Of a DNA stretch of 64,000 nt, positions 1 through 13,300 are shown piece by piece; position 1 is the first letter of the stretch; each line of letters opens with the position of its first letter. The stretch is from positions 33,916,001 through 33,980,000 of the forward strand of contig OZ076412.1 of NCBI GenBank assembly GCA_964187785.1. Direction: 5' to 3'. Source of the stretch: Amphiscolops sp. MND2022. Lineage: Eukaryota. The position numbers were made by a program, and so were the translations under genes. The notes under the pieces are model-generated. The model worked only from the letters and a program-made list of their open reading frames with translations, had not been told where the DNA came from and did not search any database.

Positions 1-3000
1 TAGCAAATTTTTGTATAGAGAAGTCCGAAGTTTGTGTTACAAAAAAACTCAAAAGCCCATATAGAAAATTACCAATAATCCACGGTCTTTGGCGATAATA
101 AGCAATTTCTTTACAGTAATTGGATGTTCCGGTCTACAGTGGTATCCACACATTTTGAAGACAAACCTACGACAACTTGGCGCAATTTTTAGTAGAGAAA
201 TCCGTTTATCGCTTTAAAATGCTTCGAAGTGCTAAAGGGTCAATCGCTGAGAAAGATATATCCCTTAATGCAGCGACAAAAAGGAATCAATTTTTGTTGA
301 AGTCAACATTGTCTTATACCTCTGTTAATTGGATTTCTTGGACGGGATTGGCGCTAACCATACGAACCACCTTGGTAACGGCTTTTTTGTCTTGTTTGAA
401 GTCTTGTTTGTACCAAACATCTGACAAATATGTTGAGTAATCCTTTCAAAGACCCGATTGACCGTAAAATCTTTCTTTGATAAGCCGTAAAATGATCGTC
501 AGATAAAGTCTAGACTCCAAAATTACCGCTATTAAATACTTTTAATGCGTCTTTGAGTGCTATGTTCGATACACATCATCTTGTAAATGCGGGTAGTTTG
601 AGTGTACGATCTATGTTTTAGTCATTGTAAAATCCTCAACGTTTTTGAACATGAGTCTCGTATAAGGTATTTGCTGGATTGAGGTGCGCCGAACTTGGTT
701 GTCCTAAAGTTTTGTGTTGGTTTTCGAAAGCTGCTAACTGTTCAGGTGTTTTTTTATTTCAGTACTTCTTCCACTTCTGCGTCTGCTCAGCAACGCCACA
801 GACATACCTTAAGTCATTTATTTCAAACAAGGTATTTTGTAGATATTAGATAATGACAGTATCGATTGGTAATCAGCGCTTTCTGTAAGGTAATGGGCCT
901 GACTATTACAGTGACTACTTTTCTCCGTAAAACCACAGAATGTATGTGAATCAATAGAAACTTTTTAACAGTTTCAATTCCCAGAATGTGAACCCCAGCA
1001 GCCATGCAGACTTCCTAAGGAGACGGCTATCGGTTCGGTGCCTATGACTAAATATCTTTGGTTGCAAACAGTTGACTTATCAAAGGTCAACCTTTTTGTT
1101 TTACGGTTCTGTGGGACGTAAGTTAAGAGCCACCCCGAGCTTTCTAATATGGCACCGAGTTTTTTGAGCTTTGAGCGGTGCGCCGATTATAGACATTCCC
1201 GTCTTCTTGTCCAGATTCCGATATAGGAAAAGGAAGTTATGTACGTTTTTTCATCTTTTACCTTGCATATTAATGTTGTAAACCCAAATGATGAAAGTTC
1301 TTCCACAGATACCAACTACCATAATTTAGTTTCTTGTGAAGTTTGTAATTGTAGAGATATCCGAACGTTTTGTAAAACAATTTTTCTGAGCGTTTTTGAT
1401 TGTTAAAAATGGGAACAACCACAAAAACTCTAGAAGAGGAAACCGAAGTTTTTAATGGAAAAAGTTTAACGTGACTTCAAAACTATCGAAACTTCCAACC
1501 TTTCCTTTCCTATTTTTTTTCTCTGGAAGTTTCGTACAGTTTTTGATAGGAGTGAAAAATTTTCACCGAGTTCAACGACGAAATATTCAGCTATCTATGA
1601 CATACATAACTTCTTTCTTCTAACTTCAGAAGAAATCTGACGTTTTTGATCAAAGTTTGCCCCAGATGCCCCTGAACGTTTTTTTTCCGGAATTCCACCG
1701 TGTTAGGCTGTTTTTGTACAATTTTTGAATGTTTGGTGGATTTGAACATGCACAGAGTTCGAAGACAAAACCTTTCAGTAGCAAATTTTTGTATAGAGAA
1801 GTCCGAAGTTTGTGTTACAAAAAAACTCAAAAGCCCATATAGAAAATTACCAATAATCCACGGTCTTTGGCGATAATAAGCAATTTCTTTACAGTAATTG
1901 GATGTTCCGGTCTACAGTGGTATCCACACATTTTGAAGACAAACCTACGACAACTTGGCACAATTTTTAGTAGAGAAATCCGTTTATCGCTTTAAAAAGC
2001 TTCGAAATGCTGAAGGGTCAATCGCTGAAAAAGATATATCCCTTAATGCAGCGACAAAAAGGAATTAATTTTTGTTGAAGTCACCATTGTCTTATACCTC
2101 TGTTAATTGGATTTCTTGGACGGGATTTGCGCTAACCATACGAACCACCTTGGTAACGGCTTTTTTGTCTTGTTTGAAGTCTTGTTTGTACCAAACATCT
2201 GACAAATATGTTGAGTAATCCATTCAAAGACCCGATTGACCGTAAAATCTTTCTTTGATAAGCCGTAAAATGATCGTCAGATAAAGTCTAGACTCCAAAA
2301 TTACCGCTATTAAATACTTTTAATGCGTCTTTGAGTGCTATGTTCGATACACATCATCTTGTAAATGCGGGTAGTTTGAGTGTACGATCTATGTTTTAGT
2401 CATTGTAAAATCCTCAACGTTTTTGAACATGAGTCTCGTATAAGGTATTTGCTGGATTGAGGTGCGCCGAACTTGGTTGTCCTAAAGTTTTGTGTTGGTT
2501 TTCGAAAGCTGCTAACTGTTCAGGTGTTTTTTTATTTCAGTACTTCTTCCACTTCTGCGTCTGCTCAGCAACGCCACAGACATACCTTAAGTCATTTATT
2601 TCAAACAAGGTATTTTGTAGATATTAGATAATGACAGTATCGATTGGTAATCAGCGCTTTCTGTAAGGTAATGGGCCTGACTATTACAGTGACTACTTTT
2701 CTCCGTAAAACCACAGAATGTATGTGAATCAATAGAAACTTTTTAACAGTTTCAATTCCCAGAATGTGAACCCCAGCAGCCATGCAGACTTCCTAATGCA
2801 TGTTTTACGGTTCTGTGCGACGTAAGTTAAGAGCCACCCCGAGCTTTCTAATATGGCACCGAGTTTTTTGAGCTTTGAGCGGTGCGCCGATTATAGACAT
2901 TCCCGTCTTGTCCAGATTCCGATATAGGAAAAGGAAGTTATGTACGTTTTTTCATCTTTTACCTTGCATATTAATGTTGTAAACCCAAATGATGAAAGTT

Positions 3001-6000
3001 CTTCCACAGATACCAACTACCATAATTTAGTTTCTTGTGAAGTTTGTAATTGTAGAGATATCCGAACGTTTTGTAAAACAATTTTTCTGAGCGTTTTTGA
3101 TTGTTAAAAATGAGAACATCCACAAAAACTCTAGAAGAGGAAACCGAAGTTTCTAATGGAAAAAGTTTAACGTGACAAAAACTATCGAAACCTCCAACCT
3201 TTTCCTATTTTTTTTCTCTGAAAGTTTCGTACAGTTTTTGATAGTAGTGAAAAATTTTCACCGAGTCGAACGACGAAATATTCAGCTATCTATGACATAC
3301 ATAAATTCTATCTTCTAACTTTTTTTAGAAGAAATCTGACGTTTTTGATCAAAGTTTGCCCCAGATGCCCCTGAACGTTTTTTTCCGGAATTCCACCGTG
3401 TTAGGTTGTTTCTGTACAACTTTTGTATGTTTGGTGGATTTGAATATGCACAGAGTTCGAAGACAAAACCTTTCAGTAGGAAATTTTTGTATAGAGAAGT
3501 CCGAAGTTTGTGTTCCAGAAAAACTCAAAAGCCCATATAGAAAAATACCAATAATCCACGGTCTTTGGCGATAATAAGCAATTTCTTTACAGTAATTGGA
3601 TGTTCCGGTCTATAGTGGTATCCACACATTTTGAAGACAAACCTACCACAACTTGGCATAATCTTCAGTAGAGAAATCCGTTTATCGCTTTAAAAATCTT
3701 CGAAGTGCGGAAGGGTCAATCGCTGAAAAAGATATATCCCTTAATGCAGCGACAAAAAGGAATTAATTTTTGTTGACGTCACCATTGTCTTATACCTCTG
3801 TTAATTGGATTTTCGTCTTTGAGTGCTATGTTCGATATACATCATCTTTTAAATGCGGATAGTTTGAGTGTACGATCTATGTTTTAGTCATTGCAAAATC
3901 CTCAATGTTTTTGAACTGGAGTCTCGTATGAGGGTGTTTGCTGGATTGATGTGCGCCGAACTTGGTGGTCGCAAAGTTTTGTGTTTGTTCGAATGCTGCT
4001 AACTGTTCAGATGTTTTTTTTTATTTCAGTACTTCTTCCATTTCTGCGTCTGATCAGCAACGCCACAGACATACCTTAAATAATTCATTTCAAATTAGTT
4101 TTTGTTTTGTAGGTATTAGATAATGTTCCGGTCTACAGTGGTATCCACACATTTTGAAGACAAACCTACGACAACTTGGCACAATTTTTAGTAGAGAAAT
4201 CCGTTTATCGCTTTAAAAAGCTTCGAAATGCTGAAGGGTCAATCGCTGAAAAAGATATATCCCTTAATGCAGCGACAAAAAGGAATTAATTTTTGTTGAA
4301 GTCACCATTGTCTTATACCTCTGTTAATTGGATTTCTTGGACGGGATTTGCGCTAACCATACGAACCACCTTGGTAACGGCTTTTTTGTCTTGTTTGAAG
4401 TCTTGTTTGTACCAAACATCTGACAAATATGTTGAGTAATCCATTCAAAGACCCGATTGACCGTAAAATCTTTCTTTGATAAGCCGTAAAATGATCGTCA
4501 GATAAAGTCTAGACTCCAAAATTACCGCTATTAAATACTTTTAATGCGTCTTTGAGTGCTATGTTCGATACACATCATCTTGTAAATGCGGGTAGTTTGA
4601 GTGTACGATCTATGTTTTAGTCATTGTAAAATCCTCAACGTTTTTGAACATGAGTCTCGTATAAGGTATTTGCTGGATTGAGGTGCGCCGAACTTGGTTG
4701 TCCTAAAGTTTTGTGTTGGTTTTCGAAAGCTGCTAACTGTTCAGGTGTTTTTTTATTTCAGTACTTCTTCCACTTCTGCGTCTGCTCAGCAACGCCACAG
4801 ACATACCTTAAGTCATTTATTTCAAACAAGGTATTTTGTAGATATTAGATAATGACAGTATCGATTGGTAATCAGCGCTTTCTGTAAGGTAATGGGCCTG
4901 ACTATTACAGTGACTACTTTTCTCCGTAAAACCACAGAATGTATGTGAATCAATAGAAACTTTTTAACAGTTTCAATTCCCAGAATGTGAACCCCAGCAG
5001 CCATGCAGACTTCCTAAGGAGACGGCTATCGGTTCGGTGCCTATGACTAAATATCTTTGGTTGCAAACAGTTGACTTATCAAAGGTCAACATTTTTGTTT
5101 TACGGTTCTGTGCGACGTAAGTTAAGAGCCACCCCGAGCTTTCTAAAATGGCACCGAGTTTTTTGAGCTTTGAGCGGTGCGCCGGTTATAGACATTCCCG
5201 TCTTCTTGTCCAGATTCCGATATAGGAAAAGGAAGTTATGTACGTTTTTTCATCTTTTACCTTGCATATTAATGTTGTAAACCCAAATGATGAAAGTTCT
5301 TCCACAGATACCAACTACCATAATTTAGTTTCTTGTGAAGTTTGTAATTGTAGAGATATCCGAACGTTTTGTAAAACAATTTTTCTGAGCGTTTTTGATT
5401 GTTAAAAATGAGAACATCCACAAAAACTCTAGAAGAGGAAACCGAAGTTTCTAATGGAAAAAGTTTAACGTGACAAAAACTATCGAAACCTCCAACCTTT
5501 TCCTATTTTTTTTCTCTGAAAGTTTCGTACAGTTTTTGATAGTAGTGAAAAATTTTCACCGAGTCGAACGACGAAATATTCAGCTATCTATGACATACAT
5601 AAATTCTATCTTCTAACTTTTTTAGAAGAAATCTGACGTTTTTGATCAAAGTTTGCCCCAGATGCCCCTGAACGTTTTTTTTCCGGAATTCCACCGTGTT
5701 AGGTTGTTTTTGTACAACTTTTGAATGTTTGGTGGATTTGAATATGCACAGAGTTCGAAGACAAAACCTTTCAGTAGGAAATTTTTGTATAGAGAAGTCC
5801 GAAGTTTGTGTTCCAGAAAAACTCAAAAGCCCATATAGAAAAATACCAATAATCCACGGTCTTTGGCGATAATAAGCAATTTCTTTACAGTAATTGGATG
5901 TTCCGGTCTATAGTGGTATCCACACATTTTGAAGACAAACCTACCACAACTTGGCATAATCTTCAGTAGAGAAATCCGTTTATCGCTTTAAAAATCTTCG

Positions 6001-7108
6001 AAGTGCGGAAGGGTCAATCGCTGAAAAAGATATATCCCTTAATGCAGCGACAAAAAGGAATTAATTTTTGTTGACGTCACCATTGTCTTATACCTCTGTT
6101 AATTGGATTTTCGTCTTTGAGTGCTATGTTCGATATACATCATCTTTTAAATGCGGATAGTTTGAGTGTACGATCTATGTTTTAGTCATTGCAAAATCCT
6201 CAATGTTTTTGAACTGGAGTCTCGTATGAGGGTATTTGCTGGATTGATGTGCGCCGAACTTGGTGGTCGCAAAGTTTTGTGTTTGTTCGAATGCTGCTAA
6301 CTGTTCAGATGTTTTTTTTATTTCAGTACTTCTTCCATTTCTGCGTCTGATCAGCAACGCCACAGACATACCTTAAATAATTCAGTTCAAATTAGTTTTT
6401 GTTTTGTAGGTATTAGATAATGACTGTATCGATTTGTAATCAGCGCATTCTATAAGGTTATGGGCCAGCTGTCGGTTCGATGCCTGTGACTAATTATCTT
6501 TGGTTGCAAACAGTTGACTTATCAAAGGTCAACCTTTTGGTTTTACGGCTCTTTGCGATGTAAGTTAAGAGTCACCCCGAGCTTTTTAATATGGCACCGA
6601 GTTTTTTGAGTCTTGAGCGGAGCGCTTGTTACAGACATTCCCGTCTTTTTTGTCCATATTCCCATATAGGAAAGGCAAGTTATCTACATTTTTTCCCTCT
6701 TTTTCTATTGCATTTTCAACCTTTTTTATACCCAAGTGACGAAAGTTCTTCCACAGATATCAACTGTCATAATTTTGGTTTGTGGTGTATGTAATTGTAG
6801 AATTATCTGAACGTTTTGTAGAACAAGTATTCTGAGCGTTTTTGATTGTTAAAAATGAGAACATCCACAAAAACTCTAGAAGAGGAAACCGAAGTTTCTA
6901 ATGGAAAAAGTTTAACGTGACAAAAACTATCGAAACCTCCAACCTTTTCCTATTTTTTTTCGCTGGAAGTTTTGTACAGTTTTTGATCGGTGTGAAAAAT
7001 TTTCACCAAGTCCATCGACGAAATATTCAACTATCCATGCCATACATAACTTCTATCTTCTAACTTTTTGGAAGAAATCTGACGTTTTTTGTTCAAAATT
7101 TGTTTCAA

Positions 7109-7330
7109 AATTACGTACTTTGACTGGTTTCCACTTCACACACGAATGGAAGCATCGTTTAGTGTTATTTTTACTCTCGGTGTGTACCAAAATTCTGATT
7201 ACCCTGTGCATCACAATCCACGATGAACACGATGCACTGTTTGACTAGAATACGGTTCGCTCTCGTTTTACGGAAAAAACAGTTTACACTTGATGATAAA
7301 TCCCACTTTTGCGGCATATGTATCATAATG
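7109..7330. mobile_element. Left-truncated copy of the TIR element; same derivative at ~11950-12171, ~18358-18579, ~21212-21433
   Basis: All four copies share the deletion junction TTTGTTTCAAAATTACGTACTTTG and an intact right TIR TTGCGGCATATGTATCATAATG followed by CT. Confidence 0.8.
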
Positions 7331-10300
7331 CTTCTTCCTCTTCTGCGTCTAATGTAATTCTCTTCAGCAATGCCACAGACATACATTGTTTTTATTTTAA
7401 ATAAGTTGTTGCTTGGTAGATATTAGATAATGAGTTTCGATTTGTAATCGGCGCATTTTATAAGGAATTGGGCCCGAATATTACAGTGGCTAATTTCCCC
7501 CCGTGAAACCACGGAATGTATGCGAATAGTGCTTTATCAACAATAGACATTTTTCAACACTTATGATAAAAACGTTTTTTCGAGACCGCAGTCATGAAAA
7601 TTTAATAAAAGCCACCCTGAGCTTTTTATTCAGGCTTCGAGTTTTTTTAGCCTTGAGCGGGGAGCGCTTGTTATAGACATTCCCGTCTTTTTTGTCCATA
7701 TTCCCATATAGGAAATGCAAGTTATTTACATTTTTCCCCTCTTTTTCCTTTGCATATTCAACCTTTTTCATACACAAGTGACGAAAGTTCTTCCACAGAT
7801 ATCAACTGTCATAGTTTTGGTTTGTGGTTTTGTATTTGTAGAGATATCTGAACGTTTTGTAGAACAAGTATTCTGAGCGTTTTTGATTGAGAATTAGAAC
7901 ATCCACGAAAATCTAGAAGATGAAACCGAAGATTTTAATGGAAAGAGTTTAACGTGACACCATAACTATCCGATGTTCCAACCAAAAGTTTGAAGACAAA
8001 ACATTTTATTACCGAATGTTTGAATAGAGCAATCCGAAGTTTGTGTTTCAACAAATCCGAGAAGCCCATAAGGAAAATTATGTTTTTAATGGAAATAGTT
8101 TAACATGACACCAAAACAATCGAAACTTCAAACCTTTTCCATTTTTTTCTCAGGAAGTTTTTGATAGCTGTGAAAAATTTTCTCCAAGTTCAACGACGAA
8201 ATATTCAGCTATGTATGACACTCATAACTTCTGACTATCTTCCAACTTTCTAGAAGAAATGTGGCGTTTTTCGTTCAAAATTGCTCCAGATGCCCCTGAA
8301 CGTATTTTTATCCGCAATTCGACGCAAATCCGCAACTCTAGAAGAGGAAACCGAAGTTTCTAATGGAAAAAGTTTAACGTGACAAAAACTATCGAAACCT
8401 CCAACCTTTTCCTTATTTTTTTTTCTCTGAAAGTTTCGTACAGTTTTTGATAGTAGTGTAAAATTTTCACCGAGTCGAACGACGAAATATTCAGCTATCT
8501 ATGACATACATAAATTCTATCTTCTAACTTTTTTAGAAGAAATCTGACGCTTTTGATCAAAGTTTGCCCCAGATGCCCCTGAACGTTTTTTTCCGGAATT
8601 CCACCGTGTTAGGTTGTTTTTGTACAATTTTTGAATGTTTGGTGGATTTGAATATGCACAGAGTTCGAAGACAAAACCTTTCAGTAGGAAATTTTTGTAT
8701 AGAGAAGTCCGAAGTTTGTGTTCCAGAAAAACTCAAAAGCCCATATAGAAAAATACCAATAATCCACGGTCTTTGGCGATAATTAGCAATTTCTTTACAG
8801 TAATTGGATGTTCCGGTCTATAGTGGTATCCACACATTTTGAAGACAAACCTACGACAACTTGGCACAATTTTTAGTAGAAATCCGTTTATCGCTTTAAA
8901 GAGCTTCGAAATGCTGAAGGGTCAATCGCTGAAAAAGATATATCCCTTAATGCAGCGACAAAAAGGAATTAATTTTTGTTGAAGTCACCATTGTCTTATA
9001 CCTCTGTTAATTGGATTTCTTGGACGGGATTTGCGCTAACCATACGAACCACCTTGGTAACGGCTTTTTTGTCTTGTTTGAAGTCTTGTTTGTACCAAAC
9101 ATCTGACAAATATGTTGAGTAATCCATTCAAAGACCCGATTGACCGTAAAATCTTTCTTTGATAAGCCGTAAAATGATCGTCAGATAAAGTCTAGACTCC
9201 AAAATTACAGCTATTGAATACTTTTGATGCGTCTTTAAGTGCTACGTTCGATACACATCTTTTAAATGCGGATAGTTTGAGTGTACGATCTATGTTTTAG
9301 TCATTGTAAAATCCTCAATGTTTTTGAACTGGAGTCTCGTATAAGGGTATTTGCTGGATTGATGTGCGCCGAACTTGGTGATCGCAAAGTTTTGTGTTTG
9401 TTCGAATGCTGCTAACTGTTCAGATGTTTTTTTATTTCAGTACTTCTTCCACTTCTGTGTCTGATCAGCGACGCCACAGACCTACCTTAAATAATTCATT
9501 TCAAATTAGTTTTTGTTTTGTAGGTATTAGATAATGACTGTATTGATTTGTAATCAGCGCATTCTATAAGGTAATGGGCCTGACTAATACAGTGACTAAT
9601 TTTATCCGTAAAACCACAGAGTATATGTGAATAGTGCTCTCTCAACTATAAACTTTTTAAGTTTCAAACCCCAGAATGTGAACCCCAGCAGCCATGCAAA
9701 CTTCCTAAGGAGACAGGAGACAGCTGTCGGTTCGATGCCTGTGACTAATTATCTTTGGTTGCAAACAGTTGACTTATCAAAGGTCAACTTTTTTGTTTTA
9801 TGGTTCTGTGCGACGTAAGTTAAGAGCCACCCCGAGCTTTTTAATATGGCACCGAGTTTTTTGAGCTTTGAGCGGTGTGCCGATTATAGACATTCCCGTC
9901 TTCGTGTCCAGATTCCGATATAGGAAAGGGAAGTTATGTACATTTTTTCATCTTTTACCTTGCATATTAATGTTGTAAACCCAAATGATGAAAGTTCTTC
10001 CGCAGATACCAACTACCATAAATTAGTTTTTTGTGAAGTATGTAATTGTAGAGATATCCGAACGTTTTGTAAAACAATTTTTCTGAGCGTTTTTGATTGT
10101 TAAAAATGAGGACATCCACAAAAACTCTAGAAGAGGAAACCGAAATTTCTAATGGAAAAAGTTTAACGTGACAAAAACTATCGAAACCTCCAACCTTTTC
10201 CTATTTTTTTTTCTCTGAAAGTTTCGTACAGTTTTTGATAGTAGTGAAAAATTTTCACCGAGTCGAACGACGAAATATTCAGCTATCTATGACATACATA

Positions 10301-13300
10301 AATTCTATCTTCTAACTTTTTTAGAAGAAATCTGACGTTTTTGGTCAAAGTTTGCCCCAGATGCCCCTGAACGTTTTTTTTTCCGGAATTCCACCGTGTT
10401 AGGTTGTTTTTGTACAATTTTTGAATGTTTGGTGGATTTGAATATGCACAGAGTTCGAAGACAAAACCTTTCAGTAGGAAATTTTTGTATAGAGAAGTCC
10501 GAAGTTTGTGTTCCAGAAAAACTCAAAAGCCCATATAGAAAAATACCAATAATCCACGGTCTTTGGCGATAATAGGCAATTTCTTTACAGTAATTGGATG
10601 TTCCGGTCTATAGTGGTATCCACACATTTTGAAGACAAACCTACCACAACTTGGCATAATCTTCAGTAGAGAAATCCGTTTATCGCTTTAAAAAGCTTCG
10701 AAGTGCTGAAGGGTCAATCGCTGAAAAAGATATATCCCTTAATGCAGTGACAAAAAGGAATTAATTTTTGTTGACGTCACCATTGTCTTATACCTCTGTT
10801 AATTGGATTTTCGTCTTTGAGTGCTATGTTCGATATACATCATCTTTTAAATGCGGATAGTTTGAGTGTACGATCTATGTTTTAGTCATTGCAAAATCCT
10901 CAATGTTTTTGAACTGGAGTCTCGTATGAGGGTATTTGCTGGATTGATGTGCGCCGAACTTGGTGGTCGCAAAGTTTTGTGTTTGTTCGAATGCTGCTAA
11001 CTGTTCAGATGTTTTTTTTATTTCAGTACTTCTTCCATTTCTGCGTCTGATCAGCAACGCCACAGACATACCTTAAATAATTTATTTCAAATTAGTTTTT
11101 GTTTTGTAGGTATTAGATAATGACTGTATCGATTTGTAATCAGCGCATTCTATAAGGTTATGGGCCTGACTAATACAGTGACTAGTTTTATCCGTAAAAC
11201 CACAGAGTATATGTGAATAGTGCTCTCTCAACTATAAACTTTTTAAGTTTTAAACCCCAGAATGTGAACCCCAGCAGCCATGCAAACTTCCTAAGGAGAC
11301 AGGAGACAGCTGTCGGTTCGATGCCTGTGACTAATTATCTTTGGTTGCAAACAGTTGACTTATCAAAGGTCAACCTTTTGGTTTTACGGCTCTTTGCGAT
11401 GTAAGTTAAGAGTCACCCCGAGCTTTTTAATATGGCACCGAGTTTTTTGAGTCTTGAGCGGAGCGCTTGTTACAGACATTCCCGTCTTTTTTGTCCATAT
11501 TCCCATATAGGAAAGGCAAGTTATCTACATTTTTTCCCTCTTTTTCTATTGCATTTTCAACCTTTTTTATACCCAAGTGACGAAAGTTCTTCCACAGATA
11601 TCAACTGTCATAATCTTGGTTTGTGGTGTATGTAATTGTAGAATTATCTGAACGTTTTGTAGAACAAGTATTCTGAGCGTTTTTGATTGTTAAAAATGAG
11701 AACATCCACAAAAACTCTAGAAGAGGAAACCGAAGTTTCTAATGGAAAAAGTTTAACGTGACAAAAACTATCGAAACCTCCAACCTTTTCCTATTTTTTT
11801 TTCGCTGGAAGTTTTGTACAGTTTTTGATAGGTGTGAAAAATTTTCACCAAGTCCATCGACGAAATATTCAACTATCCATGCCATACATAACTTCTATCT
11901 TCTAACTTTTTGGAAGAAATCTGACGTTTTTTGTTCAAAATTTGTTTCAAAATTACGTACTTTGACTGGTTTCCACTTCACACACGAATGGAAGCATCGT
12001 TTAGTGTTATTTTTACTCTCGGTGTGTACCAAAATTCTGATTACCCTGTGCATCACAATCCCCGATGAACACGATGCACTGTTTGACTAGAATACGGTTC
12101 GCTCTCGTTTTACGGAAAAAACAGTTTACACTTGATGATAAATCCCACTTTTGCGGCATATGTATCATAATGCTTCTTCCTCTTCTGCGTCTAATGTAAT
12201 TCTCTTCAGCAATGCCACAGTCATACATTGTTTTTATTTTAAATAAGTTGTTGCTTGGTAGATATTAGATAATGAGTTTCGATTTGTAATCGGCGCATTT
12301 TATAAGGAATTGGGCCCGAATATTACAGTGGCTAATTTCCCCCGTGAAACCACGGAATGTATGCGAATAGTGCTTTATCAACAATAGACATTTTTCAACA
12401 CTTATGATAAAAGCGTTTTTTCGAGACCGCAGTCATGAAAATTTAATAAAAGCCACCCTGAGCTTTTTATTCAGGCTTCGAGTTTTTTGAGCCTTGAGCG
12501 GGGAGCGCTTGTTATAGACATTCCCGTCTTTTTTGTCCATATTCCCATATAGGAAATGCAAGTTATTTACATTTTTTCCCTCTTTTTCCTTTGCATATTC
12601 AACCTTTTTCATACACAAGTGACGAAAGTTCTTCCACAGATATCAACTGTCATAGTTTTGGTTTGTGGTTTTGTATTTGTAGAGATATCTGAACGTTTTG
12701 TAGAACAAGTATTCTGAGCGTTTTTGATTGAGAATTAGAACATCCACAAAAATCTAGAAGATGAAACCGAAGATTTTAATGGAAAGAGTTTAACGTGACA
12801 CCATAACTATCCGATGTTCCAACCAAAAGTTTGAAGACAAAACATTTTATTACCGAATGTTTGAATAGAGCAATCCGAAGTTTGTGTTTCAAAAAATCCG
12901 AGAAGCCCATAAGGAAAATTATGTTTTCAATGGAAATAGTTTAACATGACACCAAAACAATCGAAACTTCAAACCTTTTCCAATTTTTTCTCAGGAAGTT
13001 TTTGATAGCTGTGAAAATATTTCTCCAAGTTCAACGACGAAATATTCAGCTATGTATGACACTCATAACGTCTGACTATCTTCCAACTTTCTAGAAGAAA
13101 TGTGACGTTTTTCGTTCAAAATTGCTCCAGATGCCCCTGAACGTATTTTTATCCGCAATTCGACGCAAATCCGCAACTCTAGAAGAGGAAACCGAAGTTT
13201 TTAATGGAAAAAGTTTAACGTGACACAAAAACTATCGAAACTTCCAACCTTTCCTTTTCCTATTTTTTTCTCTGGAAGTTTCGTACAGTTTTTGATAGGA

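Noticed and set aside
2074..2092. Minus-strand DNGDFN as a LINE endonuclease GDFN motif in the monomer
   Set aside because: It is an isolated 4-residue match with no other APE motifs around it, and it lies far too close to the YRP-like motif. Probably chance.
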